Assembly: GCA_963802675.1 (NCBI GenBank)
Contig: CAWDJL010000003.1
Location: 265,158 to 329,157, forward strand
Direction of reading: 5' to 3'
DNA length: 64,000 nucleotides
DNA from: an uncultured Acidobacteriota bacterium
GTDB taxonomy: Bacteria > Acidobacteriota > Vicinamibacteria > Vicinamibacterales > UBA2999
Of the stretch, positions 48,991-58,546 are shown one piece after another. Positions within the stretch are counted from its first letter, which is position 1. Each line of letters opens with the position of its first letter. Position numbers and translations under genes: made by a program. The notes beneath the pieces were generated by a model. The model had not been told where the DNA came from. It ran no database searches and saw nothing but the letters and a program-made list of their open reading frames with translations.

Positions 48991-49484
48991 TCCCAGGAGA
49001 GTCTGCTATGGCGCTGCGCGAAGCGGTGGTCCGGCTGATCGAGTGGGAGGAAGCGCACGTCGGCTTCGACAAGGCGGTAGACGGCCTCACCCCACCGCAG
49101 CGCGGGGCGCGCGCGCCCGGTTTCGAGCACAGTCCCTGGCAGCTCGTCGAACACCTGAGACTCGCCCAAAAGGACATTCTCGACTTTTGCCTGAATCCAG
49201 CCTACGTGCACGAGCTCACGTGGCCCGACGACTACTGGCCGGCAGATCCGGCACCGTCCTCACCAAGCGCGTGGGACGACAGCATCGCCGGTTTTCACGC
49301 CGATCGCGAGCGACTCAAGGCGATGATCCGCAACGACGAGATCGACCTCTTCGCCCTCGTGCCCACGGGCAAGAAAAACCAGACCTACCTGCGCGCCTGC
49401 TTGCTGGTGGCGGATCACAATGCCTATCACGTCGGCCAACTGGTGGCGGTACGCAAGGCGATCGGGATCTGGCCGTCTGCGTGA
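48987..49484 (+). CDS. DinB family protein
   Basis: Intact 165-aa ORF with ATGA overlap to the upstream gene. SPWQLVEHLRLAQKDILDF ... LLVADHNAYHVGQLVAVRKA. Confidence 0.7.
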   Translation: MIPGESAMALREAVVRLIEWEEAHVGFDKAVDGLTPPQRGARAPGFEHSPWQLVEHLRLAQKDILDFCLNPAYVHELTWPDDYWPADPAPSSPSAWDDSIAGFHADRERLKAMIRNDEIDLFALVPTGKKNQTYLRACLLVADHNAYHVGQLVAVRKAIGIWPSA

Positions 49485-49498
49485 CCCGTCACCTCTCC

Positions 49499-49715
49499 GC
49501 CGTGGCTTCCGGCTAAAGAGCCTGTGAATTTATCCTCTCGTGGCTTCCGCCTTCAGGCGGAAGTTGGGCGCGGGCATTGAGTCTTCCGGCTGAAGCCGGA
49601 AGCCACGCGAACGATCGATTTATTCACAAGCTTTTTAGCCGGAAGATCAGCCGCCCGCTGCAGTCTTCCGCCTAAAGGCGGAAGCCACGGCAAGTAGTGA
49701 GAAGCCACGGCAAGT
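49499..49715. repeat. GGAAGCCACG-family hairpin cluster, locus 1
   Basis: CGTGGCTTCCGCCTTCAGGCGGAAG, CTTCCGGCTGAAGCCGGAAGCCACG, CTTCCGCCTAAAGGCGGAAGCCACG. The outer words CCTGTGAATTTAT and ATTTATTCACAAG are inverted. Sits between convergent genes. Confidence 0.75.
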
Positions 49716-49738
49716 AATAAACCGGCCAAACAGTGATG

Positions 49739-52700
49739 CTACTTTGGCCTGATCGCTTCCTTTTTGTTCCTCTCCAGCATCCGGTTGAACGCCGCCAACT
49801 CCGTCGCCAGCGTGCGATCGAGCCGATCCGTGTGACCCTTCAGTTCCGCCACCAGCTCGGCGAAGATCGTCTCGACGTTACCGGTCGGCCGCCCCTCGCC
49901 GGTGACCGCGACCCGCAGCAGTGAGGCGAGCCGATTATTGGTCTTGATGGGGAAGTTCAGCGGATCTTGTCCGCTCTGGTTTCGGACCTGGTAGACGTCC
50001 TCTTCGACCACCGACAGCGATTGCGCGAGCTTGGCGCCGGCCTCCTGCACTTCCTTGGGCGCATCCTTCGTCCGTGCAGCGATGTCGCTCTTGATGCGTC
50101 GGATGTTGATCACGGCGAGGTTGGCTTCGTTGACCTTGTCTCGAATTCGACTGGCGAGATCCCACTGATACTGCAGATCGGCATCGCTGATGGGGCGCAG
50201 CGGATGTTTGGCGATCGAGAACGATTGTGTCTGTGTCGCGCCGTCCATCGTCAATCGCACGGAGTACGAGCCCGGCAGGACCATTGGACCGTTCTGTGTC
50301 GCACCCCAGAGAATCATGCCGGGGAAGGACACGACCGGCGTCGAGTTGAGGTCCCACGAGTAGCGATTCATCCCAGCCGCCATGGGCGCTCCTTGCGGCC
50401 CGCCGAAACCGCCACCACCACCGCCGCCGGGCGCCGGCGCTGGTTTGTCACCCGGCTTGGGCGGAGGCTGCCCATTGACGGTGCGCATCACTTGCCCCTT
50501 GGCGTCGAGAAACTCGATGGTCAGGGTCTTCGGTTGCGTCTTGAGGTAGTAGCTGATCCCCGCCCGGTCGAGCCCGCGGATGACATCAGCCGGTTTGAGG
50601 AGCACCACCTCACCTGCTTGTGCCACTCCGAGCTGGCGCAGCGCCGCGATGTCGTCCATGACGTAGAAGCTGCGCCCGTGCGTGCCAATCGCCAACGCGT
50701 TCTTCTCGACGACGAGATCCGTCACGGGTGTGTCCGGCAATCCGTTCTTGAGCGGTTGCCACCGTTCGCCATCGTCGAACGAGATGTAGACGCCGTGCTG
50801 CGTGCCGGCGTACAGCAGCCCGCGCCGCGCCGGATCCTCCCTGACCGTGTGGACGTAATCATCCGCGGCAATGCCGTTGACGATCTTCATCCAAGTGTTT
50901 CCATAATCGCGCGTGCGGAAGATGTGTGGTGACCGATCGCCGAGCAGCATCTTCTTGACTGCCAGGTACGCAGTCCCGTTGTCGAAAGAGGAACCGTCGA
51001 TCTGGCTGACGCGACCGAACTCCGGCATGTCGGCCGGCGTCACGTTTGTCCAGGTCTTGCCGTGATCGCGCGTCACGTGTATGAGGCCATCGTCTGAACC
51101 CGCCCACAGCACGTTGATGTCCTTCTTGCCGGGCGCCAGCGAGAACACCGTTCCGTAGATCTCCGGGCTATTCATGTCGTGCGTGATTGGACCACCGGAC
51201 TCCTGGAACGTCTTTGGATCGTGACGACTCAAGTCGCCGCTGATCGCCTCCCACGTATCGCCGCCGTTTGTGGTCCGCCAGACGCGTTGCGAACTGGTGT
51301 AGAGAACCTTGGGGTCAACTGGCGAGAAGATAATCGGATACGTCCACTGCCAACGTTCTTTGACGTCCTTGGACGGCTCGCCCGAGAAGAATCGTGGATA
51401 CGCCCCGACTTCCTTGAGCTCGCCCGTTCGCAGGTTATAGCGCGTGAGAAAGGTCCCGTTGTTGGAGCCGGCAAAGAACACATCGGGATCGGTGCGGTCT
51501 GGCGCGATGTACCCCGGCTCGCCGCCGCCGACCGGATACGGCGCGGCCGGAGGTGCGCCGCCGAAACCGCCGCCACCCGCGTTCGTATTGCTCGGCACAC
51601 ACAAGGTGCTGTTGTCCTGCTGGGCGCCGCACACGTGGAAGGGCAAATGTGCGGTCGTCACGACGTGATACCACTGAGCGGTGGGAAAGTCCTGGTCGCT
51701 CCACGTCCGCTGCGCCGAGCTGATGTTGTAGCTGACGGCGCCGCCGCCGTCATTCCCCACGACGATGTGATCGGAGTCGTCGGGATCGACCCAGAGATCG
51801 TGATGGTCGCCGTGAGTGCCCTGACCGACCTGTGCGATCGTCTTGCCGGCATCCGTGGATCGAAACAGCGCCGTGTTGAGCATATAGACCGTGTCCTTGT
51901 TGCGCGGGTCGCCGTGAACGTGCGTGTAGTAGAACGCGCGCTGGCGTACATTGCGGGACTCGTTCATCAGCCGCCACGTCGCTCCCGCATCGTCGGACAC
52001 ATAAAGGCCGCCCTTTTCGTTTTCGACCAGGGCGTAGACGCGATTCGAATCCGCCTTGGTCAACGCGACGCCAATGCGCCCGACCACACCCTGAGGAAGT
52101 CCCTGGTTGCGCGTGATCTCGGTCCAGGTATCGCCGCCGTCCGTGCTCTTGTACAAGCCGCTGCCCGGACCACCGCTCGACATCTGGTATTCGATGCGAT
52201 ACGCCTCCCACAGAGCCGCGAAGATCACATTGGGATTGTTCTCGTCGATCGCGAGGTCTACCGCACCAGTCCGCGGATCGCGGAACAACGTCTGGCGCCA
52301 CGTCTTGCCGCCGTCGGTGCTCTTGAAGACACCGCGCTCGTCGCTGGGTCCGTGGTACTGACCGAACGCTGCAACGTAGACGATGTCGGGATTGGTGGGA
52401 TGGATGCGTACTCGCGAGATGGCGTCGACATTGGCGAAGCCGACCTTGGCCCACGTCTTGCCCGCGTCGCTGGATTTGTAGACGCCGTCGCCGGGCATGA
52501 TGTTGCCGCGGATGCACGACTCGCCCATCCCGATGTACACGATGTCGGGGTTGGACTCCGAAACCGCTACCGCGCCGACTGACGAGCTTGAAATCTGGCC
52601 ATCGGTGACCGGCACCCAGCTGTTACCGGCATCCACCGTCTTCCAGAGTCCGCCGCCGACGGCGCCAAAGTATGCGTCGCGCGGGCGGCCCTTCACGCCT

Positions 52701-52894
52701 GCCACGGCGATCGATCGACCGCCGCGATTGGGCCCGATGTTGCGCCACCGATAGGCGCTGAGCAACGCCTCGTCCAGCGGAGGTGTCTGCGCGTCGAGGG
52801 TCGATAGCGCGGTCGGGTGTGAGCCCAGACCTGCGAGCGCGAGCACCGCTATGGTGCACGCCGCGAGAAGATGGCGTCTGATGTTGGGAATCAT
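49739..52894 (-). CDS. BNR/Asp-box repeat, sortilin (VPS10)-like glycosyl-hydrolase-like secreted protein
   Basis: Start at ATG 52894 behind GGAGG. Signal MIPNIRRHLLAACTIAVLALAGL. Many Asp-box-like units (SxDxGxTW: SSDAGKTW, STDGGKTW, STDGGDTW, SDDAGATW, STDAGKTI, TNGGDTW, TRDHGKTW, TRDYGNTW). 1051 aa, intact. Confidence 0.8.
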   Translation of the reverse strand: MIPNIRRHLLAACTIAVLALAGLGSHPTALSTLDAQTPPLDEALLSAYRWRNIGPNRGGRSIAVAGVKGRPRDAYFGAVGGGLWKTVDAGNSWVPVTDGQISSSSVGAVAVSESNPDIVYIGMGESCIRGNIMPGDGVYKSSDAGKTWAKVGFANVDAISRVRIHPTNPDIVYVAAFGQYHGPSDERGVFKSTDGGKTWRQTLFRDPRTGAVDLAIDENNPNVIFAALWEAYRIEYQMSSGGPGSGLYKSTDGGDTWTEITRNQGLPQGVVGRIGVALTKADSNRVYALVENEKGGLYVSDDAGATWRLMNESRNVRQRAFYYTHVHGDPRNKDTVYMLNTALFRSTDAGKTIAQVGQGTHGDHHDLWVDPDDSDHIVVGNDGGGAVSYNISSAQRTWSDQDFPTAQWYHVVTTAHLPFHVCGAQQDNSTLCVPSNTNAGGGGFGGAPPAAPYPVGGGEPGYIAPDRTDPDVFFAGSNNGTFLTRYNLRTGELKEVGAYPRFFSGEPSKDVKERWQWTYPIIFSPVDPKVLYTSSQRVWRTTNGGDTWEAISGDLSRHDPKTFQESGGPITHDMNSPEIYGTVFSLAPGKKDINVLWAGSDDGLIHVTRDHGKTWTNVTPADMPEFGRVSQIDGSSFDNGTAYLAVKKMLLGDRSPHIFRTRDYGNTWMKIVNGIAADDYVHTVREDPARRGLLYAGTQHGVYISFDDGERWQPLKNGLPDTPVTDLVVEKNALAIGTHGRSFYVMDDIAALRQLGVAQAGEVVLLKPADVIRGLDRAGISYYLKTQPKTLTIEFLDAKGQVMRTVNGQPPPKPGDKPAPAPGGGGGGGFGGPQGAPMAAGMNRYSWDLNSTPVVSFPGMILWGATQNGPMVLPGSYSVRLTMDGATQTQSFSIAKHPLRPISDADLQYQWDLASRIRDKVNEANLAVINIRRIKSDIAARTKDAPKEVQEAGAKLAQSLSVVEEDVYQVRNQSGQDPLNFPIKTNNRLASLLRVAVTGEGRPTGNVETIFAELVAELKGHTDRLDRTLATELAAFNRMLERNKKEAIRPK

Positions 52895-53868
52895 CGGGCC
52901 TCCGTGCAACGAAGCAGCGAGTCTAGCAAATAGAGGTACCGGTTCTTGTGCTCTACCGCGAATGGCGTAATGCCGACGCGGCCCACTCGGCTTGCACCGC
53001 CCGCTTCGCGCCGTGGTAAACGGCCTCTCCGCGGTCGTCCTGTCGCCCCGCCCGGCGCTTCGGGCCCCTCGAACGCCTGTGAACAATCGCTTGGGTGACC
53101 GGGTTGTTCGTGCAGTCGTGGCGAATCACCAGCGCCGGCCGACTCCGCTGCCAGGCCGTTTACCTGCACGCTGATCACGGCGCTCAGAGTGCGCTGCCAT
53201 CCGAGTGGTCCGCATCGGCTGCGCATTCCGCGCGCGCCGGTGCTTCACGGATGGGCCAATGTGAGCTTCCGCCTGCTCCGCGATAGCCCATCACCAAGCG
53301 TGAGTGACCGAAACGGGTGGTTCGAGTCGCGCGGACCTCTGAGCGGCGTGCGCGCGATCCGGAAAGGGCCGCGCCGCGATCGCGCGGCGACGGCCCCGAT
53401 TCGCCACAATGGATCGGTTCACCCGTACATCCAAACGATTCGGGTACAGCGGGCGGATCACCACTGCCGTCGCCGGCGTCGATAGTCGTCCAGCGGCGCG
53501 GCTCCTTTCCCACGCCGCGAAGCGGGGCCCCCGCCGCGCGTTTTGTGCGCGGTGGGGTGAGAAGCGGGACGTGCGACCCGAACCGCCCGTTTCGGCAACT
53601 ATCGCCACCTCACACCCTCAATCGGATCTCATCCAGCGGCTTCTTTGTGATTGTCGGCACCTCCGCATCAGCCGCCGGAGGCCCACCGCGCGCAGCGCGG
53701 CCCGCCCACGTAGTGGCCTTCCGCCCGAGAGCGGCCTATACTGGTGTCGCGCGAGGGGCGCATCCAGTCCGCGGAAAGGGCCGTGCCCACCCACAGTCGT
53801 TCGACCACACGAACCTTCTTTCAAGCCTGACAGTGCGGACTCCAGGCGTGTGATGAAAGGAGATTCGT

Positions 53869-55195
53869 ATGTATCCCAATCCGCAAGACGCGCTCCCTCT
53901 TCCGTCACGCCCCAACGGTCGAGCAGTACAAGAAACTCGCCAAAGAGCTGGTGAAGGCGTGCAAGTCGAATGATGCGACTGCCCTTCGCAGCTGGGCCAC
54001 ACAGTGGATTCATGCGCTGGCGGCGTTGCACAAGGAACCGGGCGCGTTACGGGACGAACGTGAGGTTACGGCGCGGGCCGACCAGGTCGAGCGGTTTGCC
54101 CGAAAGAAGCTGACCGGGGGTGCGGGCTCGAGATGCGCACTGACCGATGCGCAGTTCGTAATTGCCCGTGCTCACGGCTTCCCGAGTTGGCCGATCTTCG
54201 TGGAGCACATCGACTCGCTGGCACGCGCCAGTTCGCCGACCTCCACCTTCGAAGCCGCCGCCCACGCCATCGTCTCGGGCGACATCTCGACGGTCGGGCG
54301 TCTGCTGCAAGAGCAGCCGGAATTGATCCGGGCGCGGTCCACACGCGAGCACAGGGCCACGCTCCTGCATTACGTTTCGGCCAACGGGGTTGAGAACTAC
54401 CGTCAGGTGTCGCCAAAGAACATCGCGGAGATCACCGAGCGGTTGCTCGCGGCCGGCGCCGAGGTCGACGCCGAGGCAAACGTCTATGGAGGCGGCTGCA
54501 CGACGCTCGGTCTCGTCGCCACGAGCGCACCGCCATTCATCGCCGGCGTGCAGCAGGACGTCATGGACGTGTTGCTCGAGCATGGCGCGAGCCTGGATCG
54601 CATTGGAGCCGCCGGCAACCGGCAGTCACTGGTTCGCGGCTGCCTGGCGAATGGCCAGCCCGCAGCGGCCGCGTACCTTGCGAGCCGCGGCGCTCCGGTC
54701 GACCTCCCGGACGCGGCGGGCCTGGGGCGTCTCGACCTCGTGAAGGAGCTAATCGATCAGGATGGTGGGCTCGCGGAAGATCGGACGATCGCGAGAATGA
54801 AGGATTCCTTCTCGTTGGCCTGTGCGTACGGTCGATCGGAGGTCATCGATTTTCTTCTCAACCGCGGTTTCGACGTGGACGAGGAGCTCAAGGGCCATGG
54901 ACAAGGGCACACCGGTCTTCATGTCGCCGCGTACCATGGACATGTCGACGCCGTTCGGACGCTGCTGCGCCACGGCGCACGCGTCGATGTGATCGACAAG
55001 ACCTGGGGCACGCCGCCGCTCGTCTGGGCGCTGACCGGTTGGAGCGGCAGGCCCACGACCGAGGCGCGCTACTACGACGTCGTGGCTCAGCTCGTGGCAG
55101 CGGGCGCGACGGTGAAGCCTGAACTGCTCGAATGGGACAGGGTGCGTGAGGATCCGAGAATGCACGCGGCACTCGGGATCGACGCTACGCAGTAA
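53869..55195 (+). pseudogene. ankyrin-repeat protein; one +1 junction near 53917
   Basis: AAGGAG then ATG 53869 gives MYPNPQDALPLPSRPN, then the next frame gives VEQYKKLAKELVKACKSND and the 414-aa ORF. ANK repeats e.g. GHTGLHVAAYHGHVDAVRTLLRHGARVDV. Confidence 0.7.
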
Positions 55196-55255
55196 CTCGA
55201 GCAGTTCCCCTGCCCAGCCTCCGCTAGAAGTCGAGCACGCGCGCCTTGACCTTTC

Positions 55256-56649
55256 TCACTGGGCCCCAACGTCGTAATACAAAGGAGCGTCGGGCACGTC
55301 TCCCTGGATGAGCCGCTCGCCTTCGAGCTCAGGGTGCGCGTCGTAACGCTCCACGGTCAATCGATACACCTGGCCCTCGGGGCGACGTGATTCCTTCAGC
55401 ACCCGCGAATCGCGTATCCCCCAGTGGGCCACGTTGATCTGCGTGCCGGGTTGGTTGCCTTCGACCACATTGACGATCTCATAAGTGCTGACAACCAGCG
55501 CATGGCGGTAGGGCGCGATCGACTCGGGCGTGGGGACCTGGCCCGCCGATACCAGACGCGCGTCGACCACCATTCGCGCCATCGACTTGCTGTCGCCCGT
55601 CGCGGCGGGACCCAAGCGACCGCTGGCATGCTGCGGATGTGTACCTTGCTCGCGGTCGATCCACACGTCCGGATAGGCGTCGCCGCCGGCATTGCTCGTA
55701 ACACGCGCCCACGCTTCGATCTCCGTGAAGTCGTCGCGAAATCGCCCCAGCCAGATCTCGGCCTGCTTGCCGCCACTGCGGACCTGGTTTGCGCCGCCCT
55801 GGTCGTATGGTCCGGACATGACCATGAACCGCGGATGCCGCGCCCACCGCGGGTGATAGACCTCCGGGTTGGCGAAGCCGGGCGCGCGGTTGATCGGCAC
55901 GGTCCAGCGACGATCGCGGTTGAGGTCGACCATTCGTAGGTTGCGATGCGCACCGTCGAAATACCACAACAGCGGGGCGCCCACGTCGTTCAGCGCCGTC
56001 CAGCAGCCTTCACCGATCTGCCGCCACGACCCGGTCGTGAGGTCGGCCACGCCCGCCGCCGGCCAAGGAAACAGACCGCCGGCGATCGATCCGTCAGGCG
56101 AGACCTGGAAGGTGTCGAACGACACCACGCCACCGATTCCAGACCAGCTCTCGTCGCGAGGGTTCGTCGAGACGAACCCGTGTCACCGTGCCGACGCCGA
56201 ACTCGCGGATCTCTGATCCGAGGTACGACCCACTCGCCACCGTCGCGCGGATCCTCCCAGACGCCGAGCGCGATGCCGCGGTCGAAGCGGCGCTGGCCAT
56301 TGCCATCGAAGCCCACGACGAACACGGAGGGATCGCCAAGCTCTGGGTGCGTCGAATACACCACGCGATCGCCGCGTGGGGTCAACAGCGGCTTCACATA
56401 GCTCCCCTTCTCAGCCAGGATCGCGCGCTCCCCGCGCCCATCGTCGCTATCGAATCCCATCAACGTCAGCTGATTGCCCATCGCGTAGGGATCGCTGCCG
56501 TCACCCTGGACCCAGACGACGCGTGTGTGCGCGCTGGTGAGGCCATGCACCTCAGCGGCGGCGCCCTCGCGTGGCGGCGCCGAACGGCAGGAGGCCAATG
56601 TCGGAAGAAAGACGCACAGCGCGAGTAAGGAGAAGAGCTTTGAGACCAC
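55256..56649 (-). pseudogene. lipoprotein, beta-propeller-like, hypothetical; two +1 junctions (about 56225 and 56135)
   Basis: Lipobox LPTLASC. LLTPRGDRVVYST ... GGEWV|YLGSEIREFGVGTVTRVRL ... |VSFDTFQVSPDGSIAGGLFPWPAAG ... 290-aa tail. No family recognised. Confidence 0.5.
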
Positions 56650-56744
56650 GTGAGTCGATCGTAATACGAGTCGGCGAGGACGCGGTCGCAGCGGCAGGCG
56701 CTTACGGTCGCGGTTCGGAACGGCGTTTGCTTTCGGCCGATGAC

Positions 56745-57008
56745 ATGGGCATCACACGCCAAGCGGTGCAATACGGGCAGCGCCGGATCATGCGCAAGTT
56801 GCTCCGTTCGGTACCATTTCTTGGTGGATTGGTCGCCGTTGCAACGGTGACCCGAGCGGTTCGCCGGAAGGGTCTGTTCGGTGGAACGCTCGATACCGCG
56901 CTCGACGTCATCCCGTTCGTGAGTGGCGCCAAAAACGTTCTGGAGATCGTCCGCGGCCGCGACTTCATCGCTGACCGACAGCGCCCAGCGCGCCAAACTT
57001 CCGCCTGA
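56745..57008 (+). CDS. small hypothetical protein with one TM helix (weak call)
   Basis: MGITRQAVQYGQRRIMRKLLRSVPFLGGLVAVATV... Third-position GC is lower than in neighbouring genes. Its stop codon is the loop of a CTTCCGCC-TGAA-GGCGGAAG hairpin. Confidence 0.25.
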   Translation: MGITRQAVQYGQRRIMRKLLRSVPFLGGLVAVATVTRAVRRKGLFGGTLDTALDVIPFVSGAKNVLEIVRGRDFIADRQRPARQTSA

Positions 57009-57068
57009 AGGCGGAAGCCACGCGATATTCTTTAGGTATTCGTGGCTTCCGGCTTTAGCCGGAAGATT
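56998..57068. repeat. GGAAGCCACG-family hairpin pair, locus 2
   Basis: CTTCCGCCTGAAGGCGGAAGCCACG ... CGTGGCTTCCGGCTTTAGCCGGAAG. Confidence 0.75.
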
Positions 57069-57125
57069 GAACCGCGATACCGATCCAGCTGATACACGGC
57101 GAGCGTCTTCGCACGGACAGCTCGC

Positions 57126-58430
57126 TCACGTGACCGCCGCGCGAACGCTGAACTGCGGTTGGCGCCACTCACCACGTTGAAGGACGTGCGCGAGGCGATC
57201 AACGGCATCCCACACGTCCGCGAAGCGGGTGTACAACGGCGCGAAGCCGAACCGCAGGATGTCGGGCGCTCGAAAGTCGCCGATCACGCCACGTGCGATG
57301 AGCGCTTGCATGATGGCGTAACCATCACTCGGATGCGCGAGGCTGACCTGGCTGCCGCGGGCGTTGCTTTCGCGCGGCGTCACGACTGAAAGGCCGTCTC
57401 CGGCGCAGCGCGATTCCACCAGGTCGATGAACAGCCCCGTCAGGCGTAGCGATTTTTCGCGGAGCGCGGACAGTCCCCCGCACGTTTCCGCGGCCAGCAC
57501 GACGTCAACGCCGCATTCCAGGGCCGCAAGCGACAGAATCGGTGGGGTGCCGCAAACGAACCGCGCGATGCCTGGCGCGGGGTGATAGTCGGTTGAAAAG
57601 TCGAACGGTGCGGCATGCCCCAGCCAGCCTGAGAGCGGCTGCCGCCATCCGTCACGGTCCATGCGCTCCGTGAGCCGGGGGTGGACCCACAGGAATGCGG
57701 GCGCGCCCGGACCGCCGTTGAGATATCTGTACCCGCAGCCAACAGCGAAGTCAGCCGCGTCCTCGTCCGCTCCCCGACCACGCAGATTGACCGGAACCGC
57801 ACCGACGGAGTGCGAGAGATCCCAGACCATCAAGGCGCCGACCCTATGGGCCGCGCGCGTGATCGCCCTGAGATCATTCATACGGCCGGTGCGATAGTTC
57901 ACGTGCGTCAGCATCACGACGGCCGCCGTCTCGTCGATCTGCGTGAGCAGGTCATCACTGTCGATGAGACGCAGTGAAAAACCCCGCTCGCGGGCAAGGG
58001 TATCTGCGATGTAGAGATCGCTCGGAAAGTTGGTGCGCTCCGAAACAATGCAGCGCCGTGTTGGCTCGTCTGCCTTTACGAGCGCCACGGCTGCGCTCAG
58101 CACCTTGTATAGGTTGGCCGAGGTCGAGTCGGCGACCACCACCTCGCCAGGGCCGGCGCCGACCAGCCGCGCAATCTTGTCGCCAACACGATGCGCGAGC
58201 GTGATCCAGCCCGCGGTGTTCCAGCTGCGAATCAGCCCGCGACCCCACTCGTCGGAGGCAACCTGCGCGAGCCGCGCTGGTGTGACTCGGGGCAGCGGAC
58301 CGAGCGAGTTGCCATCGAGGTAGACAAGGCCGGACGCATCGGCTTGGTCAAGAGCAAAGTGGTCGCGCAACGACCTGAGTGGATCGGCCCCATCGAGCGC
58401 CAGGCAGTCCTCGCGTGTGATCATGCGCAA
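57126..58430 (-). CDS. kynU: kynureninase
   Basis: Intact 434-aa ORF. VYLDGNSLGPLP ... SWNTAGWITL ... VVADSTSANLYKVL ... VWDLSHSVGAVPVNL ... YRYLNGGPGAPAFLWV is the kynureninase PLP-enzyme pattern. Confidence 0.85.
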   Translation of the reverse strand: MRMITREDCLALDGADPLRSLRDHFALDQADASGLVYLDGNSLGPLPRVTPARLAQVASDEWGRGLIRSWNTAGWITLAHRVGDKIARLVGAGPGEVVVADSTSANLYKVLSAAVALVKADEPTRRCIVSERTNFPSDLYIADTLARERGFSLRLIDSDDLLTQIDETAAVVMLTHVNYRTGRMNDLRAITRAAHRVGALMVWDLSHSVGAVPVNLRGRGADEDAADFAVGCGYRYLNGGPGAPAFLWVHPRLTERMDRDGWRQPLSGWLGHAAPFDFSTDYHPAPGIARFVCGTPPILSLAALECGVDVVLAAETCGGLSALREKSLRLTGLFIDLVESRCAGDGLSVVTPRESNARGSQVSLAHPSDGYAIMQALIARGVIGDFRAPDILRFGFAPLYTRFADVWDAVDRLAHVLQRGEWRQPQFSVRAAVT

Positions 58431-58546
58431 CCGCTTCGTGACGATACCTCACAACGCCTCCCCTCGGCCTTGACCCTCCCGACTCGCTTCGAGGGGCGCT
58501 GAAGCCTGTAGACCGCGAGCCGTTCTCGTTCTATCCTCTGGCAGCC

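Noticed and set aside
28837-49715. The palindromes as integron attC sites with bracketed genes as cassettes
   Set aside because: There is no intI or attI in the window. Flanked genes point in both directions and include multi-gene units. The elements lack a shared RYYYAAC/GTTRRRY core and differ completely between loci. An occasional GTTGGGC is expected by chance.
53318-53340. tRNA/tmRNA-like T-arm (GGTTCGAGTC) in the 52.9-53.9 kb gap
   Set aside because: The flanking bases do not form a T-stem. No acceptor or anticodon arms can be drawn. No other tRNA-like T-loop match was seen in the window.
53100-53868. RNase P, SRP or 6S RNA in the long gene-free spacer
   Set aside because: I could not find the conserved RNase P GGAAAGTCC/ACAGAA motifs or the SRP GGAAGCAGCC-type motifs on either strand. 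This is visual inspection only, so a covariance-model scan is still worthwhile.
1655-53920. A zero-frame CGA codon at many +1 junctions (1665, 21873, 27035, 40706, 42394, 53917) as a general frameshift signal
   Set aside because: Junction positions are ambiguous by several codons. Any NNC-GAN (Asp/Glu) in the downstream frame reads as CGA one frame back, which is common in GC-rich genes. The clear junction at about 2207 has no CGA. I keep it only as a note under the FkbM finding.
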